A stretch of 64,000 bases of DNA from assembly GCF_006345805.1 (NCBI RefSeq), contig NC_043003.1, positions 108,562,001 through 108,626,000 on the forward strand. The letters are read 5' to 3'. This document shows, one piece after another, positions 48,251-62,520 of this stretch (positions are counted from its first letter, which is position 1; every line of letters starts with the position of its first letter). A program made the position numbers and the translations under genes. This DNA comes from Octopus sinensis (lineage: Eukaryota). The notes below the pieces were generated by a model that had not been told where the DNA came from, did no database searches, and saw only the letters and a list, made by a program, of their open reading frames with translations.

Positions 48251-51200
48251 AGAATCGAACCAAATCTCCAAATATATACAATGAACTTTCATATCACACA
48301 CGTGCACACACACACACACACACACACACACTTTCTACCAGTGCATAGTAGCAGCCAAAACTTGCTCCACAAACATTCTTTGCTTTAAGTCCCTAAAGTT
48401 TTGGGCAACAAATCCCACAAGAAATATGGGATGGTTATGGCTAGAATATTGATTGAGAGTAGACAGTTCAACTTCTGACATGGCACACATCTTAAAACTC
48501 CTTGAGCGATTTGCTGAAACTTCCAGCTAAATTTTAGCTTTAGATTAGATTACCTCTTTAGGCTTAACACAAGCAGACCAGAATTGATTAACAACTCAGA
48601 TACAGTGACATAACAAAGCAGACAGCATCTAGATCAGCTCTCCATTAAACTTGTAAATAAGGATCTTTTTTTAGTAAGGCAGTGGGGGATCTTTTTTGCA
48701 GGAGACATATACTGAATTGAATTTGTGTAAGTATATTACTGGTACTTTATTCAATGATTTGAGGATGGATGGTAGAGCCATCTGTACCAGGGATTAAACA
48801 TTGGAAGGTAGTAAGAGAAACACTACTAGATGGATACAACTCTATCACTGTCCTAATTATGTCTTACATTGACGCGAAGGCCATAAAATGCTGCTATTGT
48901 TTAGCCCAAGGCTTGAACTGATTGAGTAAACTTATGATCAAAGACATTCTTACTGTGGCCATTCTGCATTTTTTTTCATAGACATATTATATTTAGGAAG
49001 ACATTATCCAATGTGACTTTCTTTCAAAAATTTTCTAAGATGGTAATGAGTGATCCAAGGGGGACTTAGTTGGTGTTACTAGCAAGTTGGGTGACCACAA
49101 ACATGAATTTTGTCTTTGGTTCATGGTCATCCATTTGAAGGGAAAAGTAGAGTGACTTAATAAATACAGGGGCATGCATGCTAACATTTTAAGTCAATCC
49201 CAAAGTGTTGAATGGCAAAGTCAACATTACTGACTTTTGAACTCAGAACCAAGAAGTGAAATGAAATATGGTAAGGAATTTGGTTTGGCACTATACAGTT
49301 TCTGTCACCTCAATGATATCCTTCACTTCTCTTTAACAGGTTAATTCTTGAAGAGGAGAGACATAAATGAAATTGGCCCCAATACATTAGAGGCACTTAT
49401 TTTAATTTACTTCCCCTCTGAACATATGAAAGAAGTTATTCTTGTTAGAACCTTAACAAAAAGGTGAAAAGAAAAAAAGAAACAAAAAACCCCGAATAGT
49501 GTTGAAATTTGTTAAACCAACTTTTTCACTATAATAATTCTAACTTTTAACTTTTCCAAGACATCAAAAAATTTCCATGAGAGAATAATTTCCTTGCATG
49601 TTCAATCAGCTCGGATTTTTAATTGTCAGTTCATGTGACTTAAATTATTGATGTCCCTGAGGGGAAGACGAAAACATTATGCAGTCCCATTATCATTTTC
49701 TACAAATCTGTGGCCTCATGCCTCCTTAGATAAAAACTTGAAGCTTTCAGAAAATATTTTGGAGCAAGTAAATTAATGTTATTGGCTTAAGAGAAAATTC
49801 TGCTACAAATCTTAGAACAATCGATATAAAACATATGAAGAAATAACAAGTGGATTTAAAAAATAGAAGTTAACAAATGTTTCTTGTTTCATCCAGCAGG
49901 TACATCACAAATACTTCTACCATCACAGTAAAGCAAGTTGCCAAGGCCTGTTTTAATTTGCCACATGGAAAATTTCAAAAGAAAAGAATTTTTTGTTGAA
50001 TTTATTTCAGAAACAAATTTATAATAAACTGAGAAAATTGGAGAAAAATTCACAAAAATGGAAATTATTTCTAACTAGAAAGTATTAAATATTTTTCCGA
50101 GTAGGAAAAATCAAATTATTTATATATTATCTATAGCTTAGAAATCTATTTTTCCCTGGAGGGGAGAACTATAAAATAAAATACACAAATAAATAAGATC
50201 TTGTGCCTGCAATGTTAGAGTTTCATCAATCCAATTTCTGAAACTTGTGTGAAATCAAGATGTTGAACAGCATTAACTTTCATTAGTTCTTTACCAAAAA
50301 GTAAAGCAGACATGCCATAAAGCACAACCTAAATACATTATTTAAATAAAGTTTATATATTTCTTTAGATGTAATAGATTTTGGACGTAATTTTTAGAAG
50401 TAAATTAAAAAAAAAAAAATTTGCCACATTGAAGGTGAAAATGAAAATAATTGGAAAAAAAAAAAAAAAAGCTTGCTACAGATATAAACAGAGCTAATTC
50501 ACAAAAATAATAAAATAAAATGAAATTCAAAAAAATTTTCTATTGGAGTTTAAAAACTACTGTATTGAAAAATACTCTTCCTTTGATTGCTACCTGTCTG
50601 TTGAGTAGACACACTGACACACATCTTTCTCAGTAATATTTAATTCATATTAGTTCATTTATATGAGTAACTTATATTAAGTCATAAATATGGAGGTTTT
50701 TATCTTCAGAAACAAAAAAAGTGGTTGAGCCCTATCAGTTAGTAGTATTTGTGGTTTTTAGTTCAACAAAACTGAATTGACATATATATTATTTCAATTA
50801 TTCACATAGCACACATACTCTCTCTCTGTCTCTTTTATCAAGTCAATATATATATATATATTATATATATATATATAGAGCATGGTATAAAGGTTACCAA
50901 AAAAGCATTCCATTGTTGGATGTGTTGGGCAAGGCATTTTTGACCAAACTAAAGAATTGCACCAGACAAATATTATGAATTTGAGAGAAAGATCTTAGGG
51001 AATTGAACAATCTTATAATCACATTATTTGTAGCAATGGTGGTTGTGGCAATCAGACCAGGTAAACTATGCTACCACTGGGTTTTAAGATTGCTTATACA
51101 ATTTGTCAGTTTCAAATCCAGTTGAGCATTTTCCAATGATAGGGCAGAATATGAACTGAGAATGCAAGAGCCAGAACAGATACCACATGATATCCAATCT

Positions 51201-52169
51201 GATGCTCAAACAATTTGACCAATCCACTGCTCGAAACTGGTACTATGTTTTTATCAACCTAGAAAAGATAGACAAGCATAACTGATCTTGGCAGGATTTG
51301 AACTTAGAGCTGATAGAATCAGAACATATACCTCAAGACATTGTAACCAACATTCTAATGACTGCCAATTTGCTACTCATTTAGAATAAAAATGCTCCAA
51401 AAGCTGGAAAGCTGGTAGGTCATGAAGAAGAATTATCTTATGTTCTAGACAGGGTTATTAAAGATGGATTATATATTTGAATGAAGAACCTTGTAATTGA
51501 CATTAAATATGTTTTAGTCTTGTCAGCATATTTCAGTTTTAGCATTTGTTGAACTTACTCTTGTTAAAGCAGATGAACCCTTTTGGTAATCATATTTCTG
51601 TAGAAATACACTACATTTGTTTCAATTAATTTTGAGAATAAGGGAGAATTTAGCAAAACAACTTAGACATTATGAAGCTGGTGTTTAGAACATAAATTAT
51701 AATGGAATTTTGAGGGAAGATTTTAAAATCACTTTACAACAGGAAGTTGATATCATAGAACCAGAAGTGATCTCAGAGGAAATGATATCAAAAGGGTCAA
51801 CATGAATCTTGGTCAAACCTAAATATTATATTTACTTCTAACAATAAATTAATTCAGAGTTTTAAATTATTACTTAAAATATGAATCATTGCAAAGAGGC
51901 TAGTAAGTAAGTAAATATGTTAATTTAACATTCCTTTGAACAGAGAAAGCAGATGTCCACTCAAAATTTTATATCTTAACTGCAGAAAGTGGTTTTACTC
52001 CACAGCTTTGTGAGAACCTCCCCTTCAGCTGTGAGAAGTGGAGATACCCTCAGTGACACTTTACAAACGTCAATTTTTCAGATTAAAAAAATTCCCTACC
52101 ACCCACATATTTCATCAAATATCTCTTTCCATAGCAAGAATCAAATACTTTTAGAAGTGGATATAAAAA

Positions 52170-52271
52170 CCCGCAGTAACAGAAAGTATCAATTCTAATT
52201 TTTCCCGCAGTAACAGAAAGTATCAATTCTAATTTTTCCCGCAGTAACAGAAAGTATCAATTCTAATTTTT
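52170..52271. repeat. Perfect 34-bp tandem triplication
   Basis: CCCGCAGTAACAGAAAGTATCAATTCTAATTTTT three times. Confidence 0.95.
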
Positions 52272-54974
52272 GATGCATAATTAAGATCATTATGGGAATG
52301 ACCATGAAATTTAATTATGCAGTTAAAGAGTTATACAAGATTTACATATTTTTCCTTTATGAAGTAAAATATTTTTTTGGTTTATTTTTATGTGTACAAA
52401 ATAAAAAAAAAAGAAAACTAGTTATCTTCAAGGTTGAATCAAAGGATCATCTGGGATATATTTTTTTGTAATGAGATTGCAAGAATCTGCATATTCATAT
52501 ACATGTAATGTCCTGTGACCTGTAGAATGGTTGAAGTACTACCGAATGCCTTGTCTTTAGGAAATAATTCACCAAATGACACTCTGGAACAAATACCATT
52601 CTCTTCTCTCCAAGCCAAATTGTAAATTTAAACTTGGCACTACATAAAAACTAACAAAAAGTTATTTCAGTCACATGGTACTCACACTGTACTATGTTTT
52701 CTGAACTCTACTTCTCAACAGTACTAAAATGACCAAACCATTGAAGGTTAATTAAGTGCTGCTGTCAGATACATTGCACTGATGGTGATAACATAGGAAC
52801 CATCTATGGCTGATACGACAGCACCTTAATAATTCCTCCACTTTGAATATGAATATACATATGTAAGATAAGTACCTTAAACCAGTATTCGTCACAGAAA
52901 AACACAGGGAATATATTGAGAATGAAGACACAGAGCAGATATAACTACATATAACTTCTAGCTCAAAATATATTTTTTTTCAATATCAAAACTGTCGTGA
53001 ATTGATTGTTAATGTTTATCTCACAGCAAAAGACTAGCTATCTCAAACAAATATGGGGGGGAGCATGCAAATGTCTGGCTACATATTTCACAGCAAATAT
53101 ATTGTTATTGAGTAACCTCAGACAACTTTACCCATCTTCTTTTTATGGTGGCATGTGCTATTCTAACATTAAGGACTTAGAAATATGCATGTGGTCCCTG
53201 TTTTAAAAAACAGTATAAAATGTGTGTCCCCCATTCCTTTTCTTTGTTTCTTTATTATTATTTTTTTTTCTTTTTTGAGAGAGAGAGAGGTTTGGCTGCT
53301 ACAACAAGCTGGTTCCTCAATGACTTGTGACAAACCTGTTTTCTAGTGGTGCAGAACTTAATAGGACAAACATACAAGAAAATACTCCTCATTATAAAAA
53401 ATAAATGAATAAAAGCTCCCTTAGATCTATTACTAATCTGAAATACTGCACTGGGATGCATGATTTTTGAATTAAGAAGGAGCACAGCAGCAATCAAACA
53501 CACAACCACAACTGTTCAACACCATTGTTTAGTGCAACTATACAAATGTTTTCACCTGGCCTTTTCCACCTAGGCTTGGTAACAATTTATCACTAATGAT
53601 AAAAGGTAAAAATTAAAAAAAAAATAAAAACAAAAAAAAATCATAACTTTTTTTTTCAACAACTGGAAGGGAGCAGGAAACAGGCGTGACATGCAAAGTA
53701 TGGCAGTCAAATAGCAAAAAAATTCAGGTTTGCATTGAGAACAAACACATGACATGATGCAGTGTGTATATGGATATATACGTACACTATAGAGCAACAT
53801 ATTGTTGCCAAGATGTGTTGTAGAGTAATGGAAGTAGAAACAGTGGTTGTTGTTGTTGTTGTAGTGATGGTAGTAGGAGTAAATAAAAAGTAGTAGTGGG
53901 AGGAGGAGATTCTGAAGAGTGGCCACTAGAACAGAATGGCTACTCTCATACAGTTTTCCTAAGAGAGAGAGAGAGAGAGAGTCAGAGTAAGAGTGAGGAA
54001 AAAATAATTATCATTCTTAATATTCTAAATAGTGTGTAAAATATTGGAATTGATTATGAAAAATGAAAACAAAATAAATAAATGAATGGATAAATAAAAA
54101 AAGTATCTAAGAAAATATATAAACATGTTAGCTACTACAAACTAATTTAAAAAAAATTAAAACTTGTAAAATAATTTATAAAAATTATTGTAAATGTTTT
54201 TAATAGCTATTTACATTTTAGTGAAAATTAGTAAGAAATTATTATACATAAAATAGTATATTTAACTTAGTATTTAATTTTGTTTTCTTTTTTGAGTAAG
54301 ATTAACGGTGAAGTGTGAGGACTATCAGACAGGTAGACTTAAAGAGGTAAATTAAAATATGATCTGAAAGTTTATATTATTGATGCGCAGGTACTCAGTA
54401 AAAAACATAGATGTAACTGTGTAAATGATAACCAAATTTTTTTCATTACATTTAAACAATAATGTACATTTTCTTTTTATGTGGTTCCAAATTTTATGAA
54501 GAAAAAAAGTGACAATATGATGACAAAATATATAAAACATATTTCGTTAATTTCAATAAGCAGTTTGAAAGTGAGATAATCTGTGTAAAAAATTTTTTAA
54601 ATGTGAGTAAATTTTTGTAGTTGAATTAACTCTGTATCAATTTTTAAGTCTTGTGTTTTTAACTTCACTAAATATAAAAAATAAATAAGTTTTTGTTTTT
54701 GCTATGAAAGGATGAGTAATTTTTTTTACTATCATGATGATGGAGGTGAAAAAATAAAAAATAAAAATAACTTACTAATAAATAAAATTCAATTGATGAA
54801 AATAAAAATAAATTAATGATTTTAAACATTTAATTTTCTTTAAATATTCAGGAAGACATTTAAAAAAAAAAAAAAAACCGACATGCGATCAGAAAGTATT
54901 GTAGAAGGAAGGAGAATTTCAGAGAGTGGAGGTCTTTAATTTGGAGAGGAAAAGACTATAACTCTACCTATTAA

Positions 54975-55246
54975 CCCTTTAAGTAGTAACTTCTTAGTTA
55001 CATCTTAGATTTCATGGAAATCATTTGTTTTTCTTGGCTTGAATACGTTGATATTATCGAATTTATCCCTTAAACAAATTGCATCATTTCATATATCATG
55101 CATAAATGAAGAGAACAACAGTCTATCTATTTGAATTTTCCTCATCAAAAAGAAGTGACAGCTTTCAGTGTACACTTCTTTTGTTGGAAACGGAAACATT
55201 GTTTGGCTAAATTAACCAACTCATGACAGCTGGTGCATTTAAAGGG
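54975..55246. mobile_element. piggyBac-like MITE
   Basis: TTAA-CCCTTTAA ... TTAAAGGG-TTAA. Confidence 0.65.
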
Positions 55247-56571
55247 TTAATAAGCAAGACTGGCAGTACGGTTTCTACATAGAAAGAGAACGAAGAACGG
55301 CAACAAGATTAAAGACCATGCAAATTTGGGAGTAATGGAGTCAAAGAACAGAGAGAGAGAGAGAGAGAGAGAAGGTGAGAGAGAGAGAGAGAGAGGCTAA
55401 AAGAAACATAGCAACTGTATGTTTTGTTAATAAGAGGCAATAGATCAATGAAGATTTTAAATAATTCAACAATCTAATGCCCTTTAGAGAACTGATCAGA
55501 TTTTTCAAGCCTTTCCTTACCGACTTTTCTTTCTGATCTAGAAGAAAATCAACAGAGAATGACAGCAACACTGTTAGATCTGGCAACAATGGGAAGTGAA
55601 TGAGGAGAGAAATGTTCACACACACTGACATACATATACACACTTTCAGAGTTAAGGGCCTTTAGAAAAAAAGTCCATGCTTAAAGCTGGTGGAATGGGA
55701 GTGGAAAAAAAGCAGAAAAAATAAAAATAAAATTAAGCTGAACTATAAAAGTTAAAAGTCTCAAAGTAGGAAAATTAAATTTCAAATTTTTTCATGGTAG
55801 TCAATCGCTTTCTAAACTGAATGATGATGATGATGATGATGATTAAGGTGACAGCATAAGGATATTAATGATTAAGAAAGCAAGAGAGCAATTTTGTGAT
55901 GGATGGAGTTAATTCAAAGTAGATCAGATTCTCTAAAAATTTGACCTTGTAAATCTAAGAAATGAGAAGAGCTGTAAAGATGAGATACAATACAAATGAG
56001 AGATATGTAGTTCACCACTCAGCCATTAGTGTTAACACTTCTTCCATGGTGACAAGCACAATAAGGATTTCTGATTTAGAAGATCAATGATTTTGATGCC
56101 ATCAACCCCAGAGGGATAAAATGCAAAGTTTATCTTGGTGAGATTTGAATTTAGAATGTAAAGAGACAGAAAGAAAACTGCAAAGCACTTTTTCCAGATG
56201 CTCTAAAAATACCACCAGCTGACTACATTGACAACAACAATAAAGTGTTAACTTTTTTAATGATTAATCAAGTATCAAGAGTAAAGACTAATAAGTGTTA
56301 TTAATTTTAATTGGAATATTTTTCAATAGTCTTCAAGAATTCTATTTTCATAGCTGATCTGGATTTCAACTCAGTTCTTCAGCTTCCAATATGTATAACT
56401 AATAAAATGAGAGTTAGGGCTTGCAGAATTTATAAATGGCATGGAATTACTCCTGGAAGGTGTCTGGTTAAAATCTCAACACTGGTACTGTACTGTATCC
56501 ATACTCAAAATATTTAATACTCATTGATTCAATCATTCCAACAATAAATAAGTTCTGTAGAGGACTTAGAG

Positions 56572-56686
56572 CAGGCATAGGGAACCCCTTTTGAGAAACA
56601 GGCTGCATTACTTAAAAAAAACGAAGGTAATTTGTTGTTGAAGTGCCATTCAGAGAGTGCCACAGGTCACAATTTGCCCATCCCTG
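56572..56686. mobile_element. Short hAT-like MITE remnant
   Basis: CAGGCATAGGGAA ... TTGCCCATCCCTG ends, with related 8-bp flanks ACTTAGAG/AGCTAGAG. Confidence 0.4.
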
Positions 56687-57697
56687 AGCTAGAGAGCTTA
56701 CAGATTGCACTTAGTAGCAATTTATAGTTTTTTTCTTATATTAGTACAAAAACCACACATTTCATTAGGAATGAAAACTAATCAAATGAATCATATGTCA
56801 GCACATCACAAATATTTATATCACTTGCCTGGAGAGTTAAAAAGATGAAGTTGACATATATGAGATTTGAAATCAGAATAGAGAGAAATGCATTTGCACT
56901 GACATGATCATTTCTGTTACTTCAATGTATAAGTGACGAGCATTCCGATAGCAAGCAGTTGATGAACTTCACCAGAAAAACTTCTGACTAGAGTTTCTCA
57001 AACCGTTTGGTGCGAAATGATCTTATTTACACAATGATATTTTCCGAACACCTCTGGGCCATGTTAAAACCTAAAAACCCTAGAACCAATAGGAAGCTAA
57101 TTTTGCCCACTTTTTAGATACATAATTGAAACAGTACCCTCTATGTTGAATTTATATGAAAATTACCGAAAGCAGTAAGAGTCATACCTAAATCATATAG
57201 TTAAAGTAGTAAGGACCTTTGATAGAAAATATTAGATACTCCTCAGATGGGATGGTCAAGGATTCAGTGCCTTTGATGTACTTAAAAAAGTTAACCCATT
57301 TATTAAACAGCATCAATTGAAACTTGTCAATGAATGGTTCTTCAGTTCTCTATTTAGTTTGAATCGTCAAGTTGGCCATGCTGGAGTAGCATCACTAATA
57401 GTAGAGGTAGCAAAAGAAATGGTAAGAAACAAAACAGAACCAGAGTCATCTAAAACCAGTTCAGTCTGAGGCTATGTAGTGAGAAAGATATGGAGAGCTT
57501 TGTGAAAATAGATATAAAAGTAGAGGAGTCTTATGAAAGATAGGGAAGACCAGGAGAAGATGATGATAAAGTACCTAAACCACTTAAGAAACTAAAATAT
57601 GCAGGTCTTATAGAAAGCACTAGATTTCACTTATTTTATGCTTCTGTATGTATGCTCAATACTCACAGGGTAGTGCACACACATTATATATATATCA

Positions 57698-57907
57698 TCA
57701 TCATCATCATTTAACGTCCGTTTTCCACACTAGCATGGATTGGATGGTTCGACCGGGGTCTGGAAGCCATGGAGGCTGCACCAGGCTCTAGTCTGATTTG
57801 GCAGTGTTTCTGACTAGAGCCTGGTGCAGCCTCCATGGCTTCCAGACCCCGGTCGAACTGTCCAACCCATGCTAGTGTGGAAAACGGACGTTAAATGAGG
57901 ATGATGA
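57698..57907. repeat. Near-perfect palindrome of a SINE 3' end (~96-bp arms, 18-nt spacer)
   Basis: Arms at 57698-57793 and 57812-57907 are reverse complements with about 4 mismatches. Confidence 0.95.
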
Positions 57908-58669
57908 ATATATCAATCAGATGAGTTGGTGCAAAGGGACGATCCTACAGAAACTTCAATAAAAGTTTTCAAAAAATCCAAGGAAATCAGGAAAAATTAT
58001 AGCAGTTGTTCATTTTCTGCAACATTGTCATTTTTACAGAAATTGAGCAATCAAAAAAAAAAAAAAAAAACTGGTCTAAAAAAGATAGAAAAATAGAAGC
58101 AGCTTGTTTGTGTATACCGTTGTGTAGGTAAAGATGAATTAAAAAGTTGAAACATCAAAATCTAGATTACAGATTGTGGGATTAATTAGATGAAAATGAA
58201 AGTATTACATGTAACATCATATGTAATCCAGTCTCCAAAAAAACTCATGAAGTATATTTGTCTCAGTATATAAGTAGTAGATCTTTTTCATTTTCTCTTT
58301 CCCCCAACTAATTTACATGCATTTTTTTTTCCATATCACACTGAATGAATTGCTTTTTGCAATTTTGGATTTTTACATTCTGAAGCAATGAGAGGTTTTC
58401 ATAAAATGATCTTACTATCATTTATTGCACTTGGCAATGAGCAAAGCATCCTGTCTCCAGTTAAGTATCTACAACAATAATAATGTATATTACCTATAGG
58501 TATAACACAAGGATAGTAATCAAAAGGTCACTTTGTAAAAGCATCTTAAATACATTTTTTTTTATTTGTTTCAGTGCTTCATGCTAACCTTGAAGAAATG
58601 GCTAATGGAAACATAATAGGAACTGCAAAGGGACGGGGGGGGGGAGAAATAAAGAAAAACTTATCTTCT

Positions 58670-59047
58670 ACTTGTTTCAGCCACTGGCCTATGGCTATCC
58701 TGGGGTGCCACATTGAAAGGGTTTAAGTCAAACAAATCAATCCTGAAACTAATTCATTTTAAGCCTAGTACACATTCTGTTACAGAAAGTTAAACAAACA
58801 TCGGGTGTCAAGCAGTGGAGGTGGTGGCACACATGCTTGTGTATGTGTGTAAACACACACACACACACACACACACATACACAATCCTTCAGATTCTGTC
58901 TGTCAAATCTACTCACAAGTCTTTGGTCAGCCGAGGGCTACGGTAAAAGACACTAGCCCAGGGTTTTGCACTGTTAGCACACCATGGACAGAAGTTGAAA
59001 CCATGCAGTTGGAAGCAAACTTCTTGCTACATAATCACACCTGTGCC
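58670..59047 (-). mobile_element. Old CORE-type SINE
   Basis: Degenerate match to 15735-16120, including the internal (CA)n. Confidence 0.7.
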
Positions 59048-59467
59048 TACAGAATTTTATATTTTTTAAATCAGAAAAGAAACTGAATTTGAAAACTGTC
59101 TGCCCCTGGATTCTGTAGCTTTGTGTTTCTATTTACACTGCATCTATGGCAGTGGTGGTGGTGGTGGAGCATGAACATGTCTGCACCAGAAATACTTCAA
59201 ACCAACTAAAAGACAGGAATCATATTGTGCATTATATGATAAACAGTCCACAAGTGGCACATCATATATGTGTGCATATATATATATATACACATGCACA
59301 CATGCACATGTATACAAAGATGAGTGTGCACTCAGTGACTGGACTTGTGTGTAGCCATGTAGTCATTTCACACACTACATGTTTGTGCCTTTGGAAAATA
59401 TGAGGCCCTGTTCTATGCTGAAATTGATATTTTATCATAATATAAGGATGGATTTTATATATATATG

Positions 59468-59900
59468 TATATACACACACACACATATATATATATATCT
59501 TTTAAATTTGTTTATGGTAATGTTAATGATATGCAAATAAAACCCCTATTTCATTATGTAGGCTACTGTCTAATGATGCTGACCAGGGAGTCAGTTTTGT
59601 TGGGGGTTGCGGCATGGTTATACTGATATAATGTAGGATAAATATAGTAATAATAATAATAATTCTAGGATGGTACTTATAAATATTCAATGCATCGCTA
59701 TGTGCATTCCCACAAATCACAGGACTTTAACATCAGAGTCCGTATCTTTGGGATACCCACGGATATTATGGGATATACTGTAAGTGTCCTAAGGATACAG
59801 ACTCTGATGTTGAAGTCATGTGATTTGTGGAAATGCATGTATTAAATATTTATTAATTCCATTCAAGAGTTATTATTCTATTTATTTATCTATATATATA

Positions 59901-59965
<65 letters not shown>

Positions 59966-60638
59966 TAATTATATATATATATAATTATAATTAAGGGGAC
60001 CAAGAAACAACAACATACTAGAGATAAATGTCAAAAGACTCCAAGACCACATCATTTTACACTTCATTAGCACAGGTTGAAAGTGTGAAAATGAATAAAT
60101 GATCTTATGAGTGGCCAGCATGTAATAGAAACCATATAGGTAAGAATTAATATAGATATATAATTATATAGATATAATTATAAGGGTACTGAGAAACAGT
60201 ACCACCATATATATACACACACACATATATATATATATCTTTTAAATTTGTTTATGGTAATGTTAATGATATGCAAATAAAACCCCTATTTCATTATGTA
60301 GGCTACTGTCTAATGATGCTGACCAGGGAGTCAGTTTTGTTGGGGGTTGCGGCATGGTTATACTGATATAATGTAGGATAAATATAGTAATAATAATAAT
60401 AATTCTAGGATGGTACTTATAAATATTCAATGCATCGCTATGTGCATTCCCACAAATCACACGACTTTAACATCAGAGTCCGTATCTTTGGGATACCCAC
60501 GGATATTATGGGATATACTGTAACTGTCCTAAGGATACAGACTCTGATGTTGAAGTCATGTGATTTGCGGAAATGCATGTATTAAATATTTATTAATTCC
60601 ATTCAAGAGTTATTATTCTATTTATTTATCTATATATA

Positions 60639-60685
<47 letters not shown>

Positions 60686-60946
60686 ATATATAGAGAGAGA
60701 GAGATAATTATATATATATATAATTATAATTAAGGGGACCAAGAAACAACAACATACTAGAGATAAATGTCAAAAGACTCCAAGACCACATCATTTTACA
60801 CTTCATTAGCACAGGTTGAAAGTGTGAAAATGAATAAATGATCTTATGAGTGGCCAGCATGTAATAGAAACCATATAGGTAAGAATTAATATAGATATAT
60901 AATTATATAGATATAATTATAAGGGTACTGAGAAACAGTACCACCA
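59468..60946. repeat. ~740-bp tandem duplication, each copy holding a long hairpin
   Basis: Identical ORFs at 59523 and 60263; copies differ by about three substitutions and by TA-tract length. Confidence 0.95.
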
Positions 60947-60957
60947 TATATATACAT

Positions 60958-61010
<53 letters not shown>

Positions 61011-61654
61011 CACACACATGGCTTTGAGGACAAAGAGAGCTGAGTTTCTTATCACATAATCAAGAGTTCTTAAGCAACAGCTATCATGTTGTTCTCTTAG
61101 ATAAGATACATAACAGCCTGGTTAAGTTTGCCTGTTTGACAGTCTGATAAATCATTCACCCTCTCTACACTTGTGGCTGACAGCATAAAGAACATTCAGT
61201 TGTAAGAGAAACTGCTACAACAAATATCATCTCTTTCATGGGATAAACAATGTAAAGATGACATATATTAAAAAAAAAAAATAGTCAGAGGTGAGCCAAG
61301 GATGTAGAATGAAATGATTAGGATTAGTTGATTGGCAACAATCAAAGTGGAAGAGGAAGGCAAGGGGAAAATTTAAGGAGAAAATCTGGATGCCAATTAC
61401 GAGTAAATTATAACACACAAAAAGAAAGAAATGGATGGATCAGTATCAGGAAAGGGAAATAGCAGACCTGAAGACAACTGGTTTGTAGGTTGAATAGAAA
61501 CAGAGGAGATGAGGTTAATTGTCCCATGGAAAATATGAGCTTTGTAACACTTTGCTCGCATTAATTCTACAGTTGTGAGAAATTAATTGTGCATGCTGTA
61601 TCTTAAAGAGATTTATTATGCTAATGGGACTTATAAGTTATTTCCATAAAATAC

Positions 61655-61767
61655 CAAATTATTCTACAGCATAAATAAATATCTTTTATTTATATAACTT
61701 TTTTTTATTTTAATAAAAAAAAAGTTATATAAATAAAAGATATTTATTTATGCTGTAGAATAATTTG
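61655..61767. repeat. 113-bp near-perfect AT-rich palindrome with essentially no spacer
   Basis: CAAATTATTCTACAGCATAAATAAATATC... is mirrored about ~61710. Confidence 0.95.
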
Positions 61768-62103
61768 ATATTTAAAAGTCCCTAAAAAATAGATGGGGAG
61801 CTCAAACAGTGAAAATTGCAAGAGGATAAAAAACATGTTCAGTAGAATTGTAGAGAATGAAATTTATCAACATTTGGAGGTAGAGACAGCCATGTGATTA
61901 AGAAGTTTCCTTTGTAACCATGTGATTCCAATTTCATCGCATGCCACACTAACTTTGGCGTCTTGCCTTACGTCTTTGGGTTGACCAACGTTGCATGAGT
62001 AGAATTTGGTAACTATAAATGGAAACTGTGTGTTTGGATGTCTATGTTAATTTTATCAATGCATCAAGTTATGTTCTTTTATGTCAAGAATCTAATATAT
62101 TTG

Positions 62104-62152
<49 letters not shown>

Positions 62153-62309
62153 CAAGCTGAAACAAGTACTGTTGCCAATACGATCAATTTAAATGCTTTA
62201 AAAGATGTTGTGACAGCATAACCATAGTCCCATGACTGAAACCAGTCTTACATAATTTCCCTGTAGGAGGGTTCTGCTCAAAATATACGTAACTACTCTC
62301 TTCATAGTA

Positions 62310-62520
62310 CAATAATGATTTCAAATTTTGGCATGTGGCCAATAAGTTTAAAGGAGAGATAAGTCAATTATATCGACCCCACTGCTCAACTAGTACTTAT
62401 TTTATCAGCCCTGAGAGAATGAAAGCAAAGTCAATCTTAGCAGAATTTGAACTGAGTATGTAAAGATCCAGAAGAAATGCCACTAAGTAATTTGTCCAAC
62501 ATACGAATGATTTTGCCACA
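62310..62520 (-). mobile_element. Meta-type SINE
   Basis: TCGACCCC...AGTACTTATTTTATC...GAATGAAAGCAAAGTCAA motif. Confidence 0.75.

Noticed and set aside
52170-52271. CRISPR-like array
   Set aside because: Contiguous tandem units with no spacers, eukaryotic context, no cas genes.
53570-53926. 118-aa ORF as a standalone gene
   Set aside because: Low-complexity, non-ATG start, no recognisable domain.
59795-59845. Retrozyme interpretation of the 740-bp tandem repeat
   Set aside because: Core reads CTGATGT and the required stems are absent; only the hairpin and duplication are supported.
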